Positions 1 through 17,095 are shown, counted from the first letter of the stretch. The stretch: DNA of 64,000 bases from Bugula neritina (GCA_964035545.1 OZ037773.1:9453751-9517750), one strand, 5' to 3'. The notes: generated by a model not told the origin, from the letters alone. A program made the numbers and translations.

Positions 1-384
1 GGGCTGATTAAGGTATTACGTTTCAGTTTAGAGTTTAAAGTTCCTGTTTTGTGTTGCAAAATCCTGAATAATTGTTTGTAAATATTGCTAAAGACAGCTG
101 ATTTGACAAACTATAAAGTCAATAGAGGCTGACTTTACTGATTAAATTAAACTATTGAGTTGACTAATTAATTTAGTGTTAATAGTCAGACTGTATAGCA
201 GTAACTCAATGATCTCAAAGTGAAAAGCTCAAGGTGTGTTTGTATATTCACTTTTTTCAGTCAGTTAGGTTCAGTAAAATCTAAGTTCTGTAATTATCTT
301 TATGAAATTTAGTTTGGAGTGGCAGTGGAAATTCTAAGAATTGAGACATTCAAGTGTGATGCTCTATACAGAGGATCTATTCAC

Positions 385-567
385 CTTTGACATGCTGCCG
401 CTGTAAGCGCTGCTGATATCCTGTGCTGTGAGTAGACTGAGATCCACGCCATTACACACAATCCTGTCACCATTGAGGGGCTGTGTTATGCACTGAGGTA
501 CATTCTGTGAGCTGCTGTAAGATACTAAGGCTATGAGACTACATAACGCTAAGGCGGTTCGATCCAT
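385..567 (-). CDS. First coding exon of a secreted/membrane protein (signal peptide plus Cys-containing LRR N-cap-like segment); partial, possibly a pseudogene
   Basis: ATG at 567 follows an acceptor (tttctag| at 582). It encodes MDRTALALCSLIALVSYSSS-QNVPQC...IVCNGVDLSLL, a signal peptide followed by C-x(11)-C. A candidate donor AAG|GTGAAT lies at 385/384. Sequence towards position 1 looks protein-like but contains stops. Confidence 0.45.
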
Positions 568-2949
568 CGCTCTGTGAGAATCTAGAAACAGGAGAATTGC
601 ATTTAGCTGCAGCAGTAGTCCAAGTGTGAATACTGTAGGTGGGCACATTAACAGAGAAATGTAGCAACAGGAGTTATGCTTTCATGTGAGTTTCAACATA
701 CACCCAAAAACCAAATGAATAAAGAAAATTAAAGAACTTGAGCTATTGAAAATTCTTTGTCATTGATGGGAGAAAAGAAGAAAAAAATCATGTAAATATA
801 CGTTTTAATTGAATCAGTTTAGAAGTTTACAAGCTCTATATCTCAATCTACCAAAACCAAATGTTCCCAGAAGAGATTACAATAGAAAATTATTAAACCG
901 AACTCTGCTAGAAACTATAAACAATACCTGAAATAATGCTGAAAGAATGCTTCACAAAATTTGACCTGTAAATCGTAATATTTCACCTCAAGGCGTGGAG
1001 GTTTTCAAACCGCAATATATTGTCAATATTATGAATAATGTTGTCAATATTACAAACAGTATTTTTTATCCCCTCCCAAACCTGTGGGGGTGGGTGACAA
1101 GGAGTAAAGGGGTGTGTCAGTCAAAGTGATTAAAAGTCAGCACCTATTAAAGGCAGCATATAGAGGCAGCTATGCAAGTGAAATAAGCTGCCAGATCAAA
1201 TAACAAATATAATTCTAAATTACATTAAGTAGAACAGTTCACTGACCAAATCTTCATTAGAAATCAGGCTAACAAATAAAGCTTAGTTGTTGAGGAGCTG
1301 TGAAGGTGAGCTTAATAATAGAAGTTACCTTACCTTGAACAAAATAAAGACAATAGTCACAATAATATCCAGAGTAGTACAAAGTCAGCGTGACTGAACA
1401 AGCAGCATATGAAGTCAACCCCTGCAGCTGTGAGGATTGAGTCAGCAGTGAATAGTATTAACAGCATAATTATATTTAATTATTACCAATAAATTATCAC
1501 CCTGAATGAGTGATGACTCAATAATAGGAAACTGAAGAATAAAGCTGAGGGTTTGTAGACCACCAGTGATATGGGGTCACGCCATGTGGCCATAAGAGTG
1601 GCCATAGTATGGTATGCTGTGGACTTTAGCACTGCGGTGTGTCATATTGACTAATCTAATAAATTCTACTAGTTTACACTTTTGTAAGCTTCTGCAGGCA
1701 GAATGAGAATGTGTGCCTTTAATAATCACCTAATATGGTCAGTTAAAGAGCTTGCAGTCACGTGATGTGACTTATACACTAGCAACACTTTGGGCAGTTT
1801 AAAGAAAGCTTTAAATATTGTTTCCAAGTCATAATATAGATAAAACTAATTATAACGAGTGTTGAACACCACAAAATCAACTAAAATACTGCATAGTTCC
1901 AATATTAAGGAAAAAGAATCTGTATTAAGTGAAGCAAAAAAAATATTTAGCTTATAGTAGAGGTGAAAAAATTTCAAATCTTCTGAGTATATACTATATA
2001 TTTATTCTAAATTAAATTTAATTATCATATGCAATAGCAACTCACCATCAAATAATGAAATGTATAAAATATAGTTGCTTACCCTTGCTTGGTTCGTGAA
2101 AATGAAACAGTAGTATGTCTGTACAGTATATTTTTATAATAGTAGAAAATAAAATCAACAAACTTTGTTAAGGCAACAAATATATCTGTTGAACAATGTG
2201 TAAAATTTGACAGCTTTTAGCGTGTGCCGCACTATATATATATGTTACTGTTCTGTTTAGATTATGTTGTGGTATTTATGACTCAATGACAAGGCATCGT
2301 GATACGACTTCTCATATTCACAGTGACAGCTTCTTATGCGCAATCTGATTGGATAATTCAGACTTCTGCAAGTTAGGTTAATTATAAACAGATGGGAGGA
2401 GAAACTATTTCTATCCATGAAATGAGACATGCCATGACTCACAGTTCCCTTTTATGGAGGAAAACTCCACAAAACAATCCTCGTTATGGTAATGCGTGAT
2501 GGAGTTATTGATAAAGGCCATGCAAAGTGGAGATAAACTTTTAAAGAAGAAAACATTTATATAAGCAATAAGACTAGAAATCTAGAGACTAGAAAATATT
2601 AACTATTATTGAACTGATATTTGGTGAACTGTTCCACTGTAAGTCAGGTTGTTGGTAAGAACTTAGGTAAATTATTTACTTACTGAACATACACCTACAC
2701 TTTACCATGATACGACATACCACATATATACAGTGACATTAAAGTTTATACTAATTTATTAGAAACTTTTTGTGATATGGGAGTTCCTTTACCTTTTTAC
2801 ATGACCATTTGTTATCACTTACAAAACACTGTGTAGACTCAAATTAATTTCAAATGCTCTAATCACAAATATGGAGAAAGAAGATCTTCAAGGGAAACAC
2901 ATCACAAGTTCCTTATTTCAACTCACCTTGGAATTGAGAGAACCTGTGA

Positions 2950-3233
2950 TCCTTCTGCACATCTATCTTTCTGCATATCTATCTTTCTGCACATCTATCT
3001 GTCCGCATGTCTGTCTTTCTGCACATCTATCTTTCTGTATGTCTATCTTTCTGCATGTCCATATGTCTGTATGCATGTCCATATTTCTATTTGTCTGTAT
3101 ATCTGTCTGCATGTCTCTCCATCTGCATATCTATCTGCATAAATGTCTGTCTGCATATCTACATTTCCATATTCCTGCATATCTGTCTGCATGTCTATAT
3201 GCCAGGACGCTAAAGGCTTGGATACCAGCTAGT
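2950..3233 (+). mobile_element. Helitron-like non-autonomous remnant (degenerate CTGCATATCTAT tandem array plus 3' hairpin-CTAG)
   Basis: A degenerate 12-20-bp tandem repeat (2950-3200) is followed by an imperfect GC hairpin (GCCAGGACGC...GGCTTGG) and CTAG|T at 3229-3233, the Helitron 3' end pattern. Confidence 0.4.
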
Positions 3234-3569
3234 TCTACAACCATGGAGTTTTTTTACAGATTCTAGAAAACTATAGATGAATCACGTTTAACAGCTAATG
3301 TAATGGATTTTAACGCTCTAGTAATTATATCGGCGTCACTATTATAATGGACTTGGCGTAACTTTGTAAATACTGTTAAATGTTGTAATTATAGCTAAGC
3401 TCCTTGCTTAGCTTTCTAATGCCTCAAATATTGTAATTATAGCTAAGCTCTTAGCGTAATAATTGTGAATTGTCTTCCTATTTTTATTGTTTGTTTTTAA
3501 GTAATAGTTTTTGGAGTTATGTTTGCCTGCCACTTCTTTTTATCTGCAATAATTTATGTGAGCTGAGGT

Positions 3570-3673
3570 TTGGCCGAGGGCGGCGATTTCGGAGGGGGTA
3601 TGTCCGATTTCGGACGGATTCTTCCGAAGTCGGCAACCGGAACTCCGAAATCGGCCGATTTTCGAACCCCTAT
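3570..3673 (-). mobile_element. GC-rich DNA-transposon terminus fragment (hAT-like) with subterminal CCGATTTCGGA repeats
   Basis: A CpG-rich island in AT-rich DNA with direct and inverted CGATTTCGGA/TCCGAAATCG motifs. The minus strand begins TAGGGGTTCGAAAATCGG. No partner TIR was found. Confidence 0.4.
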
Positions 3674-4079
3674 AGTAGCAGGAACTTCTTGCAGTATATA
3701 AAGGCGAGCATTTCCAGTATCAAATCAGTCTAACACTGGAGCTCGCAGAGGAAACTACTATATACATCAATAAAGGCTATTATAATCAACATTTTACAAA
3801 GACTTTTATTCAACAATCACAAGTATTGGCATGCAGACTACTTGTCTATTTCATTAAACCAGCAAAATCATAACACTATAACTGTTAGTCCAATGATTTA
3901 ATAGTTCTCATTTTGTGACTAAGTTTCATACTAATTAATTTAATAGCTTCTAAATATTTGGAATCTATAAACATATTTAATTCGATCAGTCACTAGCAGA
4001 CCATCTAGCCTTGGGTTTACAATATTGGATTAAAAATATAATATTAATAATAATTGTTTAATAATTTTGTCAAACTCAT

Positions 4080-4560
4080 ACTGCTAGTGAATCTGATACT
4101 CATACATTCACAGTGGGAGTAATACTAATAGTTATACTTATACACATAATATTACTTTCAGTGATAAAACTTTTACTTATACTCATACTGATAGCGTTAG
4201 TGACAATGCTTATTGACATTATACCTAATCTGAGCTTCTGGTCATGGTGGGTAGCATACTGATACTCATAATCATACCAATACTCAATCTCATAGCCATA
4301 CCCATAGTCACCCTGATAGTGATACTGAGTCTGATACTGATACTCATACTGTGATACTGATAGTGATAGTCACTTAGTTATACTCATACTCATACTGATA
4401 CTCATACTCATAGTCATACTCATAGTGATACTCAAAGGCAGTCTCATAGTGATATTGAATGCGATACTAATAGTAATAGTAATTCATACTGGTATTATAT
4501 TTATACTAATATGAATTCACTAGTGTTAATGTCTAACTCTAATACTAATAGTAAATGTAA
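4080..4560. repeat. Degenerate (ATACTC/ATACTG/ATAGTG)n hexamer satellite
   Basis: Visible 6-bp periodicity; a related array lies at about 33655-34030. Confidence 0.7.
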
Positions 4561-5565
4561 TAATAATTTATTATAATACTAAATAAGATAAGCTATTAAG
4601 CTTTACTGGAAACAAACGAGAAACAGCAATAGTTGAATCACCAAACAATTGCTATGAACCTAATAATAGATGCACAGTGTGCGGGTACCATTGAGGGACT
4701 TCGTATTGGTGGTTTCGGTACCAAGCTTATTGTTGACCCGCACATGCCCTGTAGAAAATACAATTCGCAGTTTTTATTCAGTTTTATTTTAATTTAAATA
4801 ATTAAATACTAGCTACTGCAAGCTGGCCTGGTAACAGCTTTATTTTATTTTTTCTGTTTGCACTAGACACAGTATTTCAGTTTTTGGGCTAATTAATTAT
4901 GATTGTCATGCATACTTATATTGATATTGTTACAATAATATTAAATTTAATTCATTTACTTTTAGATTTAGTTGCAACTTGTAATACTTATACTAATACT
5001 AATAGCAATAGTAATACTGTAATAGTAATACTAAGTCTAATAGTAATAGTTATACTTATACTTATGTTTTATACTATTGAGTTATACTTATAATAATACT
5101 AAGTCTAATTGATTATGATATTCATATTAAGTATTATTTGTATGTATATTCAATTTCAATGTGAATGTGAGTGACTAAATCTAATACTAATAGACAATGA
5201 CATAGTAATAATAATAATATCAATACCATGTTGATAATTGCTGTATTTTAATTTATATCTATATTTTATTAATATTTATATTCACTATTAATATTATTAT
5301 ATTTATTTATTAAATTTATATTGTTTAAGTTTAACTTGTTTGTTGTTAATGTTATAGTATTAGTTTAAAGTTATTAGTTATAACTAATACTAATACCTAA
5401 TCTTAATCTTGTAGCACATTTGTGCTTTGTATAACTATAATTTTCTTGATCTGATCTGTTTTTGAGAACTGTTAGTGTTACTGAAAGTGATCTTGCAGCT
5501 GATGGAAAAGCTGTAACTATGAGGATGCTGACCAAGTTGATTCTGAACATATAATTTGTAACCTG

Positions 5566-8500
5566 ATGCCTTCTACGTCGTTCAATGTGGCAGTTACTGC
5601 TGCGCTGACTGGTGTATCCTTGGGTGTTCTAATTTACGTAATATATAGAAAGTCAATTTCTAATCAAGCAGCTAACAACCGTAGAAAACACAGGTCAAGT
5701 GGGACACATGGAGATGGAAAAACAGAAGGTAAATCTTGTAGTTAGAATAAAAATCTTTTGATTGATTGCTAGTAAATACATAACATTTGTTTTGTTTTTA
5801 ATAACTTTTATTTTAAGACTTGCTTTCAATTTCAGGTGTGAGGGGGAGTTGTGAGAGCTCACATTTTAGTTAAAATTACTATTTCTCTTGTCTTCCTGCC
5901 ACAGTATTCATTCTGCTTGGATATATTATTATTTTACTTGCAAAGTCTCACTCAAAGGGAACCACTTATTGATTGCTTTCCTTGATAATTTAAACTTTAA
6001 ACAGTGAAATTAATTTTATAGCTCTAATCTATTTTTAAAACTGATAGTGCTAAAAACATTGTATATAAAAGTTTATGCCACCATGTGAATCAATACTTTT
6101 TAGCCAATTATGATGAATAAAGTTTCTCGTCTCACTGCGTTTATTGCTCTCTGTAATTGACACAATTGTCACAATACTCTTTATCTCTATATAAATGCTA
6201 CGTGGCTGTAAATAAATAATTTACTGTTTGTTAACATGTCTATTTATTAATTGCAGATGTAGTCACTTCAGAAGGTTTCACAGTTATCAAATTGACTGTA
6301 CCAAAGGAGATGGTGGGGGCCATCATTGGCCGACAAGGTGCTAATATTAAACAGGTGTGCTATTCACTTTTAGTTAATACTACTTGCTGTTATGCTATTT
6401 GAACTTTTGCTAACGAATTACACGTAGTTCTAATTCTTACCGAGTGATGTCATAATATGAGTTTCTACTAGCCAAAGTCATTTAGTTTTATTTCCTCTGA
6501 AATAAGGGCGTACAAGACCAATTCTAATGCTGAACAAGTGGATTAGTTATGTCGACTAGTAGTCAGCTATGTTGACTACTAGTTAGCCATGTTGACTACT
6601 AATCAGTCATGTTGACTAGTAGTTAAACTGTGTTTAGATCCAATCAGAGACCAAGACCAAGATTGACTTCAGCAAGCAGACCGAAGAGGGTCCGGAGCGA
6701 ACCATCACAATCAGAGGAAGTGAGAAAGGTGAGTGTCTCAGTCTACACTTCCTGTGGCAGATGACTCTCCGCTAAGGGAGGTCTGTCTTGTGTAGACCTA
6801 GAATCAAACCTTTCCTCTACTGACCCTTGCCTGTTCACCTATCTGTGTGCAGAGGAGTGGGGTGTTATAATATCCTCAAATATTGTTGCCAGGCACACAG
6901 GATGCCGAGCTAAAGATACTTCACATAGTTTACGGTCAGCCTAACAAAGATGTCTACGTGTTGTCTGTTCCACGCGGTAGTCTGGGGTTCATCATCGGTA
7001 TGTATGTTCTAGTACACTATTCTAGTACACTATTCTAGTACACTAGTACACTATTCTAGTACACTAGTACACTAATTTATTCTGATGTGTCACTATTTCC
7101 TGTGTAAGTTAGTGGTATACTTGTTTCACTGTATCTTGCTTTAAGTACTTATTTATTAACAAAGTCGTTGCATTTCATCTAAATTATAGAATTTGATTCT
7201 ATATCAGTGTTGTGTGTGTTTATTTTAGTACTAATTAGTAATAAGTAGAACCAAGGGCTATTAATTGTTGAGGTCACATTTTCTTCAAATTATAGAGATT
7301 TCACATTGCTTTTCAACCTTATATGTTTCAAATTGACCTCTAGTGGTACTCTAGTACCCCTGTCTTTCTTCATGTCATACAGATCAGTATATGCTATTTT
7401 CAAGGTAAAGGAGGGGAAACAATAAAGAAAGTTCAACACAACTCAAAATGCCATGTCAAGGTCAACTCGGATGAGAAGTCAACTGCAGACGTATCTGACA
7501 TCACTATCACAGGCATTCCCGATGATATACCAACAGCAGTTGTGAGTTGTGTGCCCTCTGTACATTATTCATCTTGTTATATAGAACTTCATAGTCACTG
7601 AGTCTAGTTGCTAGAGTTGAATTAGTTTCACCAAAGAGCTGTCTTGTGCTCTACCACTCTTAGAGCCTAGGTCATATAGATATGAAAAGATTTGTAAACA
7701 TTCCCGCTGGCTCAAGTAAAGGTAAGCTACCCTCACCACTACCTTCAGAGTCATATCAATTAGTCAAAGTGACTGTTCAGCTTCGACAGGCTGTAGTTGT
7801 GAATGTTTATTAGAGCGTGTCACTTGGAAATATTATTTTTCTGAACAAAGTTAATCGAAGCTATTATATCTAGACTAGATTTGTCTTCTCCTGTCCTTCT
7901 GTCATATTCCCTCAGTTCCATCTCCTGTAGAATCTAATCAATGAGCTGGTGTCAGAGTGGCAGGCCAAGCAGCAGAAGAAACAGCTCGGCAGTAAATCTC
8001 GTAGACCGGTGACTCGTAAACCGCGTTTAGCAGCACCGCTGTTTCCTGGTAGGTTGATTGTTAGTAGGTACATGCAGGCATTTGTACTAGTACTCACTAT
8101 TTACTATATTATATACTTACAGCTATAAATACTTACTATAGTATGTACGTATAGTTATATATTCTTACTATAGTTTATAAGTAGAGTTAATATTCTGGTA
8201 ACATTTGCTTGTCTCAGGTTCACCGCTGCCGCTAGAGGATTGGCCGGACCACGCTGACTTTGTAGAATGTTACGTGACAGCCACAGTCAACCCGACTCAC
8301 ATCTGGGTGCAGCGTCTCACGCCTTCTGCCACTAAACTGGAAGAGATCAATAGGAAGCTTACTGAGCTCTACTCCAATACAGCCGAAGTATTTCCCTCTT
8401 TCTACTTCTCTCTACTTCTTAATCTCTTCACTTCTTAGCCAGCTAAGAAAATGAAAATATGTTTATATAGCTTTTATTGAAGAAGTCTTTTATTCACTCT

Positions 8501-11273
8501 GTTCAGCAAGTATTCAGTGATATTCACATTAGTAGTCAGTATCTTTTCCTTTTGGTTCGATATCTCCCTTCTCAACTTCTGGAATGCTGTATTTAAGGTT
8601 CACATCAACCTAAGTGGGCCTTCTGTATATTACATTACGTTATGTTGTTAGTTTACTGATGACGTGGAGACGAGGAGACCTGCTGTCGGTACTACAGTGG
8701 CGGCTAGAAACCCCACGGACAGTCAGTGGTATAGAGGTAAGTTTCTGATACGAAGGTAAGTATATAGTAGAGGTAGGTTAGTAGTATAGAGATAGCATAT
8801 AGAGGTAATTATGTAGAAATAAGCATATTATAGAGGTAAGTGTATAAATGTGAGTATACAGAGGTAAGTGTGTAGAAGTGAGTGTATAGAAGTGAGTATA
8901 TAGAGGTAAGTATATAAAGAGGTAAGTATACAGAGGTAAGTGTATAGAAGTGAGTATTTAGAGGTAAGTATATAGAGGTAAGTGTATAGAAGTGAGTATG
9001 TAGAGGTAAGTATATAGAAGTAAGTGTATAGCAGTGAGTGTATAGAAGTATGTAGAGGTAAGTATATAGAGGTAAGTATACAGAGGTAAGTGTATAGAAG
9101 TGAGTATGTAGAGGTGAGTATATAGAAGTAAGTGTATAGCAGTGAGTGTATAGAAGTATGTAGAGGTAAGTATGTAGAGGTAAGTATAGAGAGAGGTAAG
9201 ATCATAGAGGTATGTACAGAGAGGTAATGTATTTTCCAGGTAAGATATCAGCATACGATGATGAACACCCAGATGCCGTTGCTGTGGACATCTACTACGT
9301 GGACTACGGGGATAGTTGCTGGTGTCCTCTACAGAACTCTTCTATACAACTACTCAGGTGAAGCTCCTGTCTGTCTGTCTGTCTGTCTGTCTGTCCGCTC
9401 ACTCTGTCTGCGTACAGTGGTGTAGTTTACAGGTGGATATTTTGGTTGTGGGACATCTCCTTCTACACCTGCAATTTCTATGAAATTATTACATTCAAGT
9501 TATAAGCCTGTCTTATTATCTTTAGCTCTACCTAATTTTGAACACTAAATAGCATGTGAATGAAAACTACTGATTATGGAATATCAAGTTGATAGTAACA
9601 GGGTCGTAGCTAGAAGAAGATCAAGGGGGCATCATTTACACAACACAATCTTTGTTTTAGACCAGAGTTCTATGATTTGCCCGCACAAGCCTTAGAGTGT
9701 TACACAGAGTTAGCTGTTAGTAAGGGTATGTACAAACAGCCTCCATTCTGTGCTAAAAGGTGTTTGAGCTCAGACTATCTTCAGTGTAACCTATTCAGTT
9801 TATTCACTTTACTACTCGGTGGTAAAAGAAGGAGTGTAAACAATTTTCCCATTTACAGGACTTGAAATTTTACACAATCCACTATATATATTTTATATAG
9901 GAGGCATATACTGCGCAATCATTACTTTATTTTATATAAACAGTCAAGTGTTACATTTTCAGTAGTCTTCTAAAAGCTAAGCTTGTGACAGCAATCATAT
10001 CCTTAGACAGATCATATCTGTGACAGGCTCTTGCAGGTGCTCACTTCTAACTTTGTGCTGACAGAAATTATTGCGACATAAAATATGACCTCTAAGTGCG
10101 TAACAGACTTCATTGTAGCTTGTGTTCTCTCACTCCTAGTATAGTCTGTGTCCCCTGAATGTTGACATGACTACCTGTAGACGTCCCCTCTGAGTGGTCA
10201 GAGTCCATATGCGACTCCTTCGAGACTCTCTGCCACGTGGGCAGCTGGAAGGTAATCATGGCTTCTCGCATCTCCTTCAAGGCCAAGTCACATGACCATC
10301 AAGATGGCGTACTTCCTGTCATTTCTCTCATAGACACCAACTCGGAAGTTGTAAGCAATTGTAACAGTTTGCTATAACTAATTTTTGCTTTCGACTGCAT
10401 TCTTTCAGGAAACTGCCATTATTCAGGTTCCTTACCTTCACTGATCTAGCTTTCTTCCCTCAGCTAATGATATCTTTTGATGCATTAAAGTTCAGCCACC
10501 CAGTTTTATTATGTTATATACAGTACTATGTTATTTACAGTATTATGTTATATACAGTATTATGTTATATACAGTGTTATGTTATATACAGTATTATGAT
10601 ATATACAGTATTATGTTATATACAGTATTATGCTATATACAGTATTATGTTATATACAGTATTATGTTATATACAGTATTATGTTATATACAGTATTATG
10701 TTATATACAGTATTATGTTATATACAGTATTATGTTATATACAGTATTATGTTATATACAATGTTATGTTATATACAGTATTATGTTCAGCAGTTGCATT
10801 GTTTAAAGTTATCTTCTCCCTTGTAGGATATTAACATATCAGAGAGAATACTAGCTGCTCTTTCACAAGAGATTGGCCTTGCTACTTCGTTCAAGTCCCT
10901 TACAGACCAACCCAGTGGCTCAGCAGACCAGTCTTGTGGTCCAGCTGACCAGTCTCGTGGTCCAGCGGACCAGTCCAGTGGTCTAGCACACAGAGCTAAG
11001 ATTGAACAACTTATCACCCAACAAGACTCTGAAACTAATCAAACTAGTAATTCATTAGGCCAGCCTAGTGGCCTGGCTGACCAGCCTAGTGGCCCGGCTG
11101 GTCAGTTTAGCAACTCAACAGATCAACTTAATGGCCTATCAGGCCAGTCTAATGGCCCAGCAGATTCACTAAGCACGAAGCTGCCTCTTCTTCCTAGTGA
11201 CAGCGTCACCCAGTCAGCGAGTCCTGCATCACGAGTCATACAGAGTGACTCTGAGGAAGATGATTGGGACTGA
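5566..11273 (+). CDS. TDRKH: Tudor and KH domain-containing protein (TDRKH/Papi homolog; mitochondria-anchored piRNA biogenesis factor), 12 exons, 588 aa
   Basis: Exons 5566-5728, 6257-6354, 6638-6728, 6893-6997, 7405-7541, 7931-8048, 8218-8387, 8652-8736, 9240-9357, 9661-9725, 10181-10350, 10827-11273 are all GT-AG and phase-compatible (1767 nt). Motifs: N-terminal TM (VAVTAALTGVSLGVLIYVIYRK), KH1 (VPKEMVGAIIGRQGANIKQIQSET), KH2 (VPRGSLGFIIGKGGETIKKV), extended Tudor (VECYVTATVNPTHIWVQ...DSQWYRGKI...VDIYYVDYGD...PEFYDLPAQALEC...W). AATAAA at about 11337. Confidence 0.93.
6540..6625. repeat. About 20-bp tandem repeat (ATGTTGACTACTAGTYAGCY) x4 in TDRKH intron 2
   Basis: Direct inspection. Confidence 0.7.
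8737..9239 (+). repeat. 14-bp minisatellite (TATAGAGGTAAGTR / TATAGAAGTGAGTR) filling TDRKH intron 8
   Basis: The unit reproduces the exon 8/intron 8 junction TATAGAG|GTAAGT. Confidence 0.9.
10505..10786. repeat. 17-bp minisatellite (TACAGTATTATGTTATA)n in TDRKH intron 11
   Basis: About 16 near-perfect copies. Confidence 0.92.
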
Positions 11274-11911
11274 ATGAAACTTCTTTTCGACATTTTGTAA
11301 TTTTTCACGAAATTATTTGTTGTAATACAATTGAAAAATAAACTCAAATACTGCAATGTTTTTGTATGTTGTCTGAACTTAGGGATGACAGTTCTTGGCT
11401 GAAAAATTTCCTTATGCCTACATCAAGCAGGCTGTGACTTACCCCACCCCCTCACTCCCCCTCACCCCCCTTACAGTCCATCTGCATACAAAAATACTAA
11501 ACTAATTATTCAGTTATTATCCAAATATGACTGCGGAAACATTAGGCTTTCAGTCAATATTAGTTGACTTAGTAGTCCCTTCCCATAAGCCCATATCATA
11601 CATGTGGCCACCTTTACTATAATTTCCTAACTGTTACTGGCACATTTTGAATAATGCTTTAAACTATGGTCGTGTCGGAGAAAGTTAGGTAAGCAGACAG
11701 GTGTTTTAGACGTAGAATGCTAACACAGGTGTTGCTGCCCTACATAAGTAACTATCTCATTATTCACGACTCCATTCTAGCTGGAAGGAGTGAGCAGTGA
11801 CGGGTATTAGTTTAAAGTTGTATTAAATCAAAGATTTTTTAATGCAAGATCACGCACATGCATTGACATTAATCAAACCAAAAATATATATGGTGCAAGC
11901 ATGCATACACC

Positions 11912-11914
<3 letters not shown>

Positions 11915-11960
<46 letters not shown>
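11915..11960. repeat. (TA)n microsatellite
   Basis: Direct inspection. Confidence 0.95.
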
Positions 11961-11965
<5 letters not shown>

Positions 11966-12298
11966 AAAAACTACATTTGGTGAAAAAATGTGTAGAATGC
12001 ATTGTTTATAGTTTGCCACAGGTTCTCTATTCATTAAGTCCTGTATAAACATTAATCATATTTACAGGCTTAGGCTATCACCTTTAAGGAATTACTGCAT
12101 GTACAATAATATAATGAGACAATTGACCTATATTTCTAAACACAACCTCCCACTGTAATACATCCTCCTGCACTCATGCATAACACAATTATTTATATAA
12201 AATATAAGAGAGATTGTACACTATATAGTATTTCTTTCACACTCTTAAATCAATTCTTGTGAAATATCTTATAGGGGTATTATACAGAAATACAGCTT

Positions 12299-17095
<4,797 letters not shown>

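Noticed and set aside
2871-3266. 131-aa and 68-aa ORFs
   Set aside because: Translations of a degenerate tandem repeat.
4700-4735. Twister or hammerhead ribozyme (GGTACCAAGC; CGAAAC on the minus strand)
   Set aside because: The remaining core elements (twister UAA cleavage loop, hammerhead CUGANGA) are not present in the required positions.
8828-9254. Minus-strand 125-aa and 98-aa ORFs
   Set aside because: Antisense translations of the intron 8 minisatellite.
10467-10834. Tyr-rich ORFs
   Set aside because: Translations of the 17-bp minisatellite.
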